A DNA stretch of 64,000 nt from an uncultured bacterium (lineage in GTDB: Bacteria > Macinerneyibacteriota > Macinerneyibacteria > Macinerneyibacteriales > DSCS01): positions 32,001-96,000 of the forward strand of contig CAZJQC010000002.1 of assembly GCA_964548195.1 (NCBI GenBank). The letters run 5' to 3'. The notes under the pieces were generated by a model. That model had not been told where the DNA came from and searched no databases. It worked only from the letters and a program-made list of their open reading frames with translations. The translations under genes were made by a program, and so were the position numbers. This document shows, piece by piece, positions 1 through 8,731 of this stretch. The stretch's first letter is position 1. Every line of letters begins with the position of its first letter.

Positions 1-839
1 GCGGCCAGTCTGTCAGGAGATATAGTTTTGGGATTCTTAACCATGACGTCCTTCATCAATATTCCGGCCAAGGAGTCGTGGTCTTTCAAAAAACGTTTAA
101 AATCCCCGTCGGTGAATATGCCTTCCAGAGCGCCATTTTCGTCCAGGACCGTAGTCATGCCGAGCCCCTTTGAAGATATTTCGTAAACCGCCTCTTTTAA
201 TGTCGTATCAGGGGAGACGCCGGGGACGTTGCCGCCGGAGACCATGATGTTCTCAACGGTGAGCAGAAGTTTTTTTCCTAGCGATCCGCCCGGATGGAAA
301 AGGGCGAAATCCTCTTCCTTGAAGCCTTTTTCTTTCAGGACTGTGACTGCAAGCATATCGCCCAGCACAAGCGTCACCGTGGTGGAAGCTGTCGGAGCCA
401 GGTTGAGCGGGCATGCCTCTTTTTCGACAGAGATATCCAGTGTCTCGTCGGCGTAGCGTGCCAGTGTGGATGTCGTGTTGCCTGTGATGGCGATCACAGC
501 CACGCCCATGCGTTTCAATATAGGCAGTATCTTGATGAGTTCCTCGGTCTCTCCGCTGTTTGATATGGCGATGACAATGTCACCTTTTTTTACCATGCCC
601 AGATCGCCGTGTGAGGCTTCCGCCGGGTGCAGGAAAAAAGATGGCGTACCAGTGCTCGCCATGGTCGCAGATATCTTACGCCCTATATGCCCTGATTTTC
701 CCATGCCTGTCAGGACCACGCTCCCGCTTGTTTTCAGTATCATCCGCACAGAATTTTCAAAATGCGAGTCTATTCTTTCTCTTAGCCTTGAGACTGCCGT
801 TAATTCAATATCCAATACTTCGTTGGCGGTGTTTTTCAT
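1..839 (-). CDS. kdsD: Arabinose-5-phosphate isomerase, KpsF/GutQ family (3' end outside window; not in ORF track)
   Basis: Manual translation from ATG 839: MKNTANEVLDIE...VVLTGMGKSGHIGRKISATMASTGTPSFFLHPAEASHGDLG (SIS domain), followed by CBS-like region; directly downstream of kdsA. Confidence 0.95.
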   Translation of the reverse strand, partial: MKNTANEVLDIELTAVSRLRERIDSHFENSVRMILKTSGSVVLTGMGKSGHIGRKISATMASTGTPSFFLHPAEASHGDLGMVKKGDIVIAISNSGETEELIKILPILKRMGVAVIAITGNTTSTLARYADETLDISVEKEACPLNLAPTASTTVTLVLGDMLAVTVLKEKGFKEEDFALFHPGGSLGKKLLLTVENIMVSGGNVPGVSPDTTLKEAVYEISSKGLGMTTVLDENGALEGIFTDGDFKRFLKDHDSLAGILMKDVMVKNPKTISPDRLA

Positions 840-841
840 GA

Positions 842-1657
842 TTACCCCTTGATCACATTGTCTATTTCCATAAAAATCTTAAGCATCTCCTTGAGGCGGT
901 CCAGCGGTATCATATTGGGGCCGTCCGACCTCGCGTTGTCAGGATCGGGATGCACTTCGAGGAAAAGCCCTGCCAGCCCTGCGGTGAGGGCCGCTTTTGA
1001 AAGGGGGAACACATATTCCCTGTTGCCGCCGCTTCTGTCTCCGAGCCCTCCGGGCTGCTGCACGCTGTGAGTCCCGTCAAATATTACAGGATATCCTGTT
1101 TTTTTCATGACTTCCAAAGCGCGTATGTCCGTTATAAGATTATTATAGCCGAATGAGACGCCTCTCTCGGTCAGCATTATCTTCTCATTGCCTGTATCCG
1201 CCACTTTTCGGGCTACATTTTTCATGTCCCAGGGAGCGAGAAACTGCCCCTTTTTTATGTTGACCGCGACACCCGTTTTGCCGGCGGCGACCAGCAGGTC
1301 GGTCTGCCTGCAAAGAAAAGCCGGGATCTGAATAATATCGACCACCTGGGCCGCCTGGACAGCCTGTTCTTCTGTATGCACATCCGTCAGTATGGGGAGA
1401 CCCATCTCGTCCCGGACCTTCTCGAGTATACGCAGCCCCTTGTCGATCCCGGGGCCCCGGTATGAGTCTATTGAAGACCTGTTGGCTTTGTCGAACGATG
1501 CTTTGAATATATACGGCAATTTAAGTTCGTCTGTCATCTTTTTTATATGCTCCGCTATATGGAGGACGTTCTCCTCAGTCTCTATCACACACGGGCCCGC
1601 TATCAGTACAAACGGGTTATCATTTGAGAACTCAATGCCTCTTACGTCGATCTTCAT
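842..1657 (-). CDS. kdsA: KDO-8-phosphate synthase
   Basis: IAGPCVIE, KASFDKANRSS, QIPAFLCRQTD, KKGQF, FDGTHSVQQPG, SDGPN motifs; start moved to ATG 1657 behind GGAGG. Confidence 0.97.
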   Translation of the reverse strand: MKIDVRGIEFSNDNPFVLIAGPCVIETEENVLHIAEHIKKMTDELKLPYIFKASFDKANRSSIDSYRGPGIDKGLRILEKVRDEMGLPILTDVHTEEQAVQAAQVVDIIQIPAFLCRQTDLLVAAGKTGVAVNIKKGQFLAPWDMKNVARKVADTGNEKIMLTERGVSFGYNNLITDIRALEVMKKTGYPVIFDGTHSVQQPGGLGDRSGGNREYVFPLSKAALTAGLAGLFLEVHPDPDNARSDGPNMIPLDRLKEMLKIFMEIDNVIKG

Positions 1658-1699
1658 GTCTGACCTCCAGTCAATTGAAACGATCGTCAACTCAACAAA

Positions 1700-1728
1700 A
1701 TGATATCATAACACACTTTCGATGTCAA
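1700..1728 (-). promoter_or_regulatory. Sigma70-type promoter of kdsA-kdsD
   Basis: TTGACA (1728-1723), N17, TATCAT (1705-1700) with extended -10 TG. Confidence 0.7.
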
Positions 1729-1744
1729 CGAAGTCGCATTTTTC

Positions 1745-4700
1745 TTAATATATTATTACATAGGGTTTTGTCATGCCCGCTCTTATCTGAGTCCTGGCGG
1801 ATATCCCCGTGATCCTCCCTTCATTGCCGTAAAGAAGTTCGGCGCTATCCGCATCCATCGCGGTCTTGCCGAAGCCGTTGAGTGAAAACACCGTGAAAGG
1901 AAGCGGTTCATCACCGGTAACCGCAACGCCGAACTCTTCACATCTGAAACCGGCCCAGGCAGCCGCATCCATGCAGGGTACTATGACCCCTGCCGGCTGT
2001 TGTTTTATGAGACGCTCTATGGTGACGGCGTCAAGACATGCATCGCATATCATTATGTTTCCTTTTTCGGAAAGCGATTCGGGCGAGTACCGCTTCAATG
2101 TGCCAAAACAGGACTTGCCGAAACCCACGGTCCCGCTTATGATGTCGCCTTCCGTCTGTATAACGGCGCCGAATCCGCTTATAACGGATTTTACCGTGCC
2201 CCTGACCCAGCTGACCGTATCTACCGGCTCATTTTGATATTGTATGGTCACTGTCCCCGCCTTGTCATCTATTTTAGTCACCACTCCGGGGCCCGGGGCC
2301 TTAAGGCCGGGTGATTCACGCATATAAACGGTATTATGATTCAAAGCGATCATATGCATGCCCTTTTCGACATAATCGCCCTCTTTGTAGGCCAAATACC
2401 CCCTGATCCTGCGGGGTGGTATACCCATTATTTCCGCAACAGGCAAAGTGACCGGCTTTGTCGTATAATCCTGTATTTCTTCCAGGACTACGGTGCCGTT
2501 CTCTTCAACAGAGAGGACCTTGCCGCGCACGGGGCTTCTGGCGGTCATTATCTTTGTATTGTTGTACACGCCACGAAAGATGATGTCGCCCTGCTCGACC
2601 GGCGCATCCTCTTTTATCAGCAGGCCTGCACGTATGATACTGGGATCCGGCACATCCGCGCCGTCGCCCAGCTGGCGTCTTACGTCGACGATGTATATCC
2701 TGGGAGGGGTTGATATATTGGTCCCGATCACCGTGCCGCACGATATACTGTCCCCCGTCGAGACTTTCACCTCGCCGCTGTACGGCAACATCATCTCGAT
2801 CTCCATAGTGCCTTTTCTTTTGATCTGAGGCACGGGGAAGTCAAATCTTATGCCTTCTCCGGCCGGCGGCGCCGAAACATTGATGTGCTCGTTGAGCCAT
2901 GTGCCATCATATTGCTCTCCCCTGCCCCTGCAGTCTATGATGACGGGAAGGCCCGTTTCGATGGTGACCGATTCTCTGCCGTTGTATATATCCGCTCCCT
3001 TTTCAGGGGTTATGACGCCGGTCAGGCCGCTTTTATAGACCGCCACTTCTCCCCATTTCACGGGCACGGTTATGACGCCGCCCTCTTCCCTGACGGTCAG
3101 TGCAGTCCTGCCGGCGGAATATTTCCCCGTAGGCGCGACCACATGTCCCAGCTGCTTCAGGGCCTCTTTTTCATACAGTTCCCCGGCCTTCTTTTTGTCT
3201 ATTCCGGCGAACAGGCCGAAATGAGGCGATTTAAACCCCTCGTCGTAAAATATGGCCGATATGCCCGACGGAAGGAATGCGTCGGCAAGCATCAGCATGG
3301 AAGCCCATGTGTCCCCGGAGTGAGAGATGACGCCTCCCGAACCGATGTATATGTCAATATCCCTGAGCTGAAAGAGCTTTTCCTCATTATGCACATAAAA
3401 AACATCCATAAACCTGTCCATATCGTTTGCCAGCTTCCTGCGGTCCAAAAAACCGATCATCTTACGCTTGAACGACATGTTCACATGCTCTGTCCAGGCC
3501 AGACGCATCCCGATGACCGCCAGGGCTCTTTCTATGCGCGTCTCGGTGGCGTTGCCGGGTATTTTCGACGGGAAAAGCATCTTGTCGTACGCATACTCCC
3601 GGATCAGATCGCCTTCCACGCCGGATATCCGCTCAGCCGCCTCCACTCCGGACCTCACCAGTATCTGGCCCATGGAAAAACTCATGCCTATGTTAGCCGC
3701 CACTGTCCTGCTGTAGTCGCCTATGATATTGGAGTAGATGTCGGTGGTCGCGCCGCCCATATCGACCATGGCCACGCTTTTATTGGCCTTTTCTCCATAT
3801 ACGGACAGTATTCTCTCGACTCCCACCGGTGTGGGCAGGAGGTTGCCGAAAGCCCACTTTTTGAGTTTTGAATATCCGGGCGCGCGCTCCATGACTTCAT
3901 CCAGAAAGATATCCCTTATCTTCTTTTTGGCCGGCAGCATATTCATCGTCTCAAGGTCCGGCCTTATATTGTCAACGATGCTCAAGTCGAAATCGGAGAG
4001 AGTCTTGGTTATTATATCGCGTGCTTCCCTGTTTCCGGCATATATTACAGGCAAACGCCTTGAGTGTTTTGCTTTTGGCTTTGAGAAAGCAAGCACCTCG
4101 GCCAGTCGTATCACCGAAAGGATATTGCCACCGTCCACGCCGCCCGACATAAGGACGATATCGGCGTTTATGTTACGCAGAAGTCTCATCCGCTCGACTA
4201 TAGGGAGCTCGTCGTCGATGGTAAAAGTGCGCATGATGACGCCCCCGGCCCCGCTGGCAGTCATATTGGCCACAAGCCCCGTATCAGTGGAGGATACCCC
4301 GAACACAATGATCTGAAGCCCGCCGCCCGCAGAACTTGTGGCAAGCACCGGCACTGCGGGCGCGCCGGAGGCGCTTAGAAGGCCGACACCGGATCTTTCC
4401 CCCAAAATGCGTAGTGAGGATATCACCCCTGCAGTCACATCCTCGCCGGGAAACCCCACAGTGGTCGGTATGTATGAATCCGCTTTTACCGAATAATCAC
4501 CGCTGTCATCGCGTTCCAGAAGCAGGCCTTTTGTAGCCGTGCTGCCGATATCGAACAACACCATCTTTTCACATTTTCCCATGTCAAAACAAGTCTCGTC
4601 CCAGAACAGCTCGTCAAGAGTACTGTCCAGGGAGCGGGCTATGGCCATGCATACTTTCAAGGAGGGGTTGTATTTTTCGCTCTCGATCAGGGCTATAGTC

Positions 4701-4786
4701 TGTCGGCTCACACCGGTCTTCTCCGCAAGCTCCTCCTGGGTCATCTTCCTCCGCAACCGTGCACTTTTCACATTCAGACCAAACAT
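1745..4786 (-). CDS. XRE-family HTH fused to GlmL/MutL (glutamate mutase L)-like ASKHA ATPase and a C-terminal barrel-sandwich-repeat domain
   Basis: N-term TQEELAEKTGVSRQTIALIE..YNPSL..LFW; ASKHA motifs FDIGSTATK, ATSSAGGGL, SGGVDGG, VDMGGATTD, GSGGV; C-term repeats KE(G/D)xxVExG..(S/A)PxxGxV and terminal TQIRAGMTKP; AGGAGG RBS. Confidence 0.8.
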   Translation of the reverse strand: MFGLNVKSARLRRKMTQEELAEKTGVSRQTIALIESEKYNPSLKVCMAIARSLDSTLDELFWDETCFDMGKCEKMVLFDIGSTATKGLLLERDDSGDYSVKADSYIPTTVGFPGEDVTAGVISSLRILGERSGVGLLSASGAPAVPVLATSSAGGGLQIIVFGVSSTDTGLVANMTASGAGGVIMRTFTIDDELPIVERMRLLRNINADIVLMSGGVDGGNILSVIRLAEVLAFSKPKAKHSRRLPVIYAGNREARDIITKTLSDFDLSIVDNIRPDLETMNMLPAKKKIRDIFLDEVMERAPGYSKLKKWAFGNLLPTPVGVERILSVYGEKANKSVAMVDMGGATTDIYSNIIGDYSRTVAANIGMSFSMGQILVRSGVEAAERISGVEGDLIREYAYDKMLFPSKIPGNATETRIERALAVIGMRLAWTEHVNMSFKRKMIGFLDRRKLANDMDRFMDVFYVHNEEKLFQLRDIDIYIGSGGVISHSGDTWASMLMLADAFLPSGISAIFYDEGFKSPHFGLFAGIDKKKAGELYEKEALKQLGHVVAPTGKYSAGRTALTVREEGGVITVPVKWGEVAVYKSGLTGVITPEKGADIYNGRESVTIETGLPVIIDCRGRGEQYDGTWLNEHINVSAPPAGEGIRFDFPVPQIKRKGTMEIEMMLPYSGEVKVSTGDSISCGTVIGTNISTPPRIYIVDVRRQLGDGADVPDPSIIRAGLLIKEDAPVEQGDIIFRGVYNNTKIMTARSPVRGKVLSVEENGTVVLEEIQDYTTKPVTLPVAEIMGIPPRRIRGYLAYKEGDYVEKGMHMIALNHNTVYMRESPGLKAPGPGVVTKIDDKAGTVTIQYQNEPVDTVSWVRGTVKSVISGFGAVIQTEGDIISGTVGFGKSCFGTLKRYSPESLSEKGNIMICDACLDAVTIERLIKQQPAGVIVPCMDAAAWAGFRCEEFGVAVTGDEPLPFTVFSLNGFGKTAMDADSAELLYGNEGRITGISARTQIRAGMTKPYVIIY

Positions 4787-4797
4787 ATATACCTCCT

Positions 4798-4843
4798 TGT
4801 ATACTATATATTACAATATACAATATAATATACGTACAATATA
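4798..4843. repeat. Three TACAATATA direct repeats plus TGTA-N10-TACA dyad (candidate operator)
   Basis: TACAATATA at 4812, 4819, 4835; TGTA-N10-TACA at 4798-4815. Confidence 0.45.
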
Positions 4844-4855
4844 ATTTCATGTCAA
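4827..4855 (-). promoter_or_regulatory. Sigma70-type promoter of the HTH-GlmL gene
   Basis: TTGACA (4855-4850), N17, TATATT (4832-4827). Confidence 0.75.
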
Positions 4856-4876
4856 TATTGTGGACGATAAATTTTG

Positions 4877-4885
4877 TGATATACT
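4877..4885 (+). promoter_or_regulatory. Extended -10 promoter, probably leaderless, for HAD gene
   Basis: TGaTATACT ends 6 nt before ATG 4892; no SD between. Confidence 0.55.
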
Positions 4886-4891
4886 CAGGCC

Positions 4892-5590
4892 ATGAACCGA
4901 TTGTATCTTTTTGACATAGACGGCACGATAATACGGATAAACGGCTGCGGCATGAAAGCGTTCAGCCTCTCCGCGAACAAACTTTTCGGGACGCTGCCCT
5001 CTATTAAATCCCTGAAAGGGTCCACGGACCTGCATGTCTTCACGGATGTCTTCAACCGGACAGGCCTCCCCGTCACATCGTTTGACACATACTGGGAGTC
5101 GTTCCGCCGTGCCTTCAATCAAACACTTCAGACCCTGGCCGCAAAACAGATATGGGAAATATTGCCCGGGTTCCAACTGTTCTATTCAGAGATCAGAAAC
5201 ATGCCATACGGTTTTTGTACGGGAAACACGGAAGCCGGCGCCGCGATCAAAATGAAGGCGGCCGGGCTGCCTTTTTCACCCCGCGGGGCTTTCGGCGACA
5301 AACTGCATACAAAAGACGACCTCGCACGATCGGCCCTTGAGACTATGTCTCTGGTCAATCTTGCCACTTTCGGCCAGGTGATATATTTTGGCGATACGCC
5401 TGAAGATATGCGCGCAGGCAAGGGCATCGATGCCTGGACCATAGGGGTGACCGGAGGACATTCATCCCGCGCGGAACTTTCCGCCCACGGGGCAGATGCC
5501 GTCATAACCGATTTTACGGAAGTGTTTTCAGCCCTTCCTTTTGATTTCCGGGGGGAGGCCCTCGATAAAAAGAAGCATGTTCCCCGTTAA
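4892..5590 (+). CDS. HAD-superfamily hydrolase/phosphatase
   Basis: Motif I LFDIDGT, motif II CTGN, FGD, motif IV YFGDTPED. Confidence 0.9.
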   Translation: MNRLYLFDIDGTIIRINGCGMKAFSLSANKLFGTLPSIKSLKGSTDLHVFTDVFNRTGLPVTSFDTYWESFRRAFNQTLQTLAAKQIWEILPGFQLFYSEIRNMPYGFCTGNTEAGAAIKMKAAGLPFSPRGAFGDKLHTKDDLARSALETMSLVNLATFGQVIYFGDTPEDMRAGKGIDAWTIGVTGGHSSRAELSAHGADAVITDFTEVFSALPFDFRGEALDKKKHVPR

Positions 5591-6166
5591 GTAGCTTAAA
5601 GACAGCGTCCCCCTTTTGATATTGCTGAGGGTAAAGGTGTCGGGCCTTATCACAGCGCCGTCTAACGGATATTCACACCCCTCCGCGACCACCCCCTCGC
5701 ATGTCTCAAGAGGAAGAAGCGAAAAGCGCCTCCCGTCTTCCGTTTCAACATCGTGCTTAAGATTAGGCGTCACATATTGTATATATCCGCCTTTCGTCAG
5801 TATCACGACTTTCTCCCCGAAGGAAAGCGGCGCGAAATAATTGAAAAAGGCGTGGTCCGCCCTTCCCCCCAATGAGTTTGCCAAATATATGATGTCAAAA
5901 GAGTCTATATACTTTTTCAACGCATAAAAGGTGTCCGAATGATCCTTACGCGTGGACAGACGCACCTGTTCCACCGTTTCAATACCGTTTTCGGCCTGTA
6001 TTGAGTCCATGTCGCCGACGATCACATCCGGTCTCAATCCGGATCTCATGCAGTGATTGTATCCGCTGTCAGCCGCTATGATAAAAAAATCGTCGAAATC
6101 AAGCCCTGACAGGAATCCGGAATCATTTTCGGGCGAACCTGCCACCAGAAGCGCTTTCTTTTTCAC
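5528..6166 (-). CDS. thiN: Thiamine diphosphokinase
   Basis: IAADSG, IVGDMDS, KDHSDT, LGGRADH, YPL..SN motifs. Confidence 0.9.
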   Translation of the reverse strand: MKKKALLVAGSPENDSGFLSGLDFDDFFIIAADSGYNHCMRSGLRPDVIVGDMDSIQAENGIETVEQVRLSTRKDHSDTFYALKKYIDSFDIIYLANSLGGRADHAFFNYFAPLSFGEKVVILTKGGYIQYVTPNLKHDVETEDGRRFSLLPLETCEGVVAEGCEYPLDGAVIRPDTFTLSNIKRGTLSLSYLTGNMLLFIEGLPPEIKRKG

Positions 6167-6894
6167 AGTATCTTTTCCATAGCCAAAGCCTTATCCACAA
6201 GCACGGCAAGCTGCTCCAGGTTTATGGTCTGGCCGGCATCCGACAGGCTTTTCGCGGGATATATATGTGTCTCGATCAGCAGCCCGTCCGCACCGGCCGC
6301 GATCCCGGACAAGGCCGCCCTTACAACGCGGTCGGAACGTCCCGTGGCATGCGACGGGTCCACGATCACCGGAAAACCCGTACGCTCCTGTATCTCCATT
6401 ACGGATGTGATGTCAAGCGAGAACCTTGAATGTTGTTGAAAAGTCCTCACTCCCCTTTCACATATGATTATGTCGCTATTGCCCTCAACGGTAAGATATT
6501 CTACCGAATACATCAGCTCATCTACCGTGTTCATGAAACCGCGTTTTAACAAGACCGTTTTGCCGGTGCGGCCCACTTCCCTCAGCAGCACACCGTTCTG
6601 CATATTTCTGGCACCGATCTGTATCACATCGATGTTTTTCGAAAACAGATCTATATCTCTGCAGTCTGTTATCTCGGACACGGATCTTAAACCGTGTCTT
6701 TTCGCGGCATCCCTGAGTATGAATATGCCGTCTTTTCCTATTCCGCTGAAGGAATGGGGGGATGTTCTCGGCTTAAAGGCGCCGCCGCGCAGATATCTAA
6801 GGCCGAGTTTTGAGACGGCGGCAGCTATCGCATCCATGTATTCCGGATTGTCAACGGAACAGGGGCCCGCGATTATCAGATCGGCAACACCCAT
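6163..6894 (-). CDS. aroF: DAHP synthase type I-beta, catalytic barrel only
   Basis: IAGPCSV, RGGAFKPRTSP, QIGARNMQN, LLKRG, CERG, DPSH, SDAGQ. Confidence 0.93.
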   Translation of the reverse strand: MGVADLIIAGPCSVDNPEYMDAIAAAVSKLGLRYLRGGAFKPRTSPHSFSGIGKDGIFILRDAAKRHGLRSVSEITDCRDIDLFSKNIDVIQIGARNMQNGVLLREVGRTGKTVLLKRGFMNTVDELMYSVEYLTVEGNSDIIICERGVRTFQQHSRFSLDITSVMEIQERTGFPVIVDPSHATGRSDRVVRAALSGIAAGADGLLIETHIYPAKSLSDAGQTINLEQLAVLVDKALAMEKIL

Positions 6895-6895
6895 A

Positions 6896-7234
6896 TCAGT
6901 CGTCCCTCAATCCGGCCGCGCCACCCAAATACACGAAATGGTTCGAGTCTTCCCCGTCCATCTGTATCAGAAAACGTATTGTCATCGGCAAGGCCCCTTC
7001 CACGTCCATCTCCTGCACGCACAGCAACGGCGTCCGTTCATAACCGGATCTGCGAATAAAAGCACACGGATACGCGGACCGTATGTCCCGGGTAGATGTG
7101 ACAATGAACGTCCTGATACACTCCGGCAGCAGCGTCACTTCATCCGAGATCGCTTTTAACAGCTTTTCCACTCCGTCGCGTATGGCGGCTGGAGTGTCTT
7201 CTTTTATGTCCACCGCGCCCCGTATCACTATCAT
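6896..7234 (-). CDS. aroH: Chorismate mutase, AroH class
   Basis: IRGA, PLLCVQEMDVEGALPMTIR, VYLGGAAGLR. Confidence 0.9.
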   Translation of the reverse strand: MIVIRGAVDIKEDTPAAIRDGVEKLLKAISDEVTLLPECIRTFIVTSTRDIRSAYPCAFIRRSGYERTPLLCVQEMDVEGALPMTIRFLIQMDGEDSNHFVYLGGAAGLRDD

Positions 7235-7235
7235 A

Positions 7236-8540
7236 TTATCCGTTCACACGCCGTATGCGGGCTCCGATCGACCGCAGCCTTTCATCTATGTCCTCATATC
7301 CCCGGTCGATCTGCACAACATTATGTATGACCGACTCGCCTTCGGCTCCAAGCGCCGCTATAAGCAGGGATATGCCCGCCCTTATGTCCGGGCTGACGAC
7401 CTCATTGCCGTAAAGACGCGATGGGCCCACGACTACCACTCTGTGCGGATCGCATAAGACGATCTGCGCGCCCATATATTTAAGCTTGTCCACAAAGAAC
7501 ATCCTGCTTTCAAACATCTTTTCATGAACGATCACGCTGCCCGCAGCCTGAGTGGCCGCAACGATCATAACAGATGTCAGATCCGCCGGAAAAAGCGGCC
7601 AGGGGCCGTCACTGATCGTGGGTATGGCTCCTCTGAAATCCGGTATTATGTTCATGTCCTGAGGCCCGGGTATGACAAGGTCGTTCCCGGATCTTTCAAA
7701 CAAAAGCCCCAGCCTGGCAAACCCGCGTGAAATGACATTGAGCTCCCTCTCACCCTTGGCAAAAACATCCCTTATGGTCAGTGGGCTTTTTGTGACTGCG
7801 GCCAATCCCATGAAGCTTCCCGCTTCAATATAATCATAATTGATTGTGTATTCGCCGCCCGACAACCCGTCAATCCCGATGACCGTTATCCTGTTTGTGC
7901 CCGCTCCCGATATTTGCGCTCCGAGTGTTCCAAGAAACTCGCAAAGCCCCTGTACGTGAGGTTCACAAGCTGCGTTATAGATAATCGTCTCCCCGACGGC
8001 AAGGGCCGCAGCCATCACAGCGTTTTCAGTGGCTGTCACGGAAGGTTCGTCAAGTATGATCTCCTTGCCCTTCAGTCCGCCTTTCGGGGCTTTGAAGATT
8101 ATACGCTCCCCTATGTCATCAAATTCGATATCCGCGCCGAGTTCCCTCATCACATGAAGATGAGTGTCTATCCTGCGTCTTCCTATCTTGTCGCCACCCG
8201 GCAAAGGGCATATGACCTCCCCAAATCTCGAAAGTATGGGCCCTATCAGTGTCAACGAAGCCCGAAGCTGCTTAAACAGACCCTCGTTAAGCGTCACCGT
8301 CCCTATATGCGACGGATCCAGCTGAAATTCGTGATCCCCTGTATGGGATATATCAACGCCAAGATCGGTCAATATATCCATCATGACATTCACATCTTTT
8401 ATGTTCGGCACGTTTCTCAATATTACTTTACCGGATGCAAGCACACACGCGGCAAGTACCGGAAGGGCTTCGTTCTTATTCCCGGCCGGTTTAAGGGCCC
8501 CGGAGAGCGAGTGTCCGCCTTCAACAATAAAACTTGACAT
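7236..8540 (-). CDS. murA: UDP-N-acetylglucosamine 1-carboxyvinyltransferase
   Basis: GNKNEALP, LRAS, PGGDKIGRR (Asp at the Cys115-equivalent position), SVTATEN, ACEPHV, FESR, DIRAG, IDRGYE. Confidence 0.97.
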   Translation of the reverse strand: MSSFIVEGGHSLSGALKPAGNKNEALPVLAACVLASGKVILRNVPNIKDVNVMMDILTDLGVDISHTGDHEFQLDPSHIGTVTLNEGLFKQLRASLTLIGPILSRFGEVICPLPGGDKIGRRRIDTHLHVMRELGADIEFDDIGERIIFKAPKGGLKGKEIILDEPSVTATENAVMAAALAVGETIIYNAACEPHVQGLCEFLGTLGAQISGAGTNRITVIGIDGLSGGEYTINYDYIEAGSFMGLAAVTKSPLTIRDVFAKGERELNVISRGFARLGLLFERSGNDLVIPGPQDMNIIPDFRGAIPTISDGPWPLFPADLTSVMIVAATQAAGSVIVHEKMFESRMFFVDKLKYMGAQIVLCDPHRVVVVGPSRLYGNEVVSPDIRAGISLLIAALGAEGESVIHNVVQIDRGYEDIDERLRSIGARIRRVNG

Positions 8541-8551
8541 ATTTTCCTCGA

Positions 8552-8731
8552 TCAGATCGAATCGATCTTTTTGATTTTTTCTATTTCGCCGTTCAGCTGC
8601 AGCACAGAATCCTTGATGTTCGTCAGGTTCCGCACAAGCAGATTCACATCCCTTTTTAAATATTCCATCCTTTCATTCAGACGCGCCCCCATCTCATCCA
8701 TCATCTCCGCCCCGGACATCTTAATCATCAT
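8552..8731 (-). CDS. 59-aa coiled-coil microprotein (not in ORF track), paralog of 12605-12823
   Basis: Manual translation MMIKMSGAEMMDEMGARLNERMEYLKRDVNLLVRNLTNIKDSVLQLNGEIEKIKKIDSI; GGAGG RBS; fills the gap between HisKA gene and murA. Confidence 0.75.
   Translation of the reverse strand: MMIKMSGAEMMDEMGARLNERMEYLKRDVNLLVRNLTNIKDSVLQLNGEIEKIKKIDSI

Noticed and set aside
2885..3871. 328-aa plus-strand ORF
   Set aside because: Antisense shadow of the HTH-GlmL gene; no motifs or RBS
1745..4570. DNA mismatch-repair MutL
   Set aside because: Motifs are ASKHA/GlmL type, not GHKL ATPase; name overlap only
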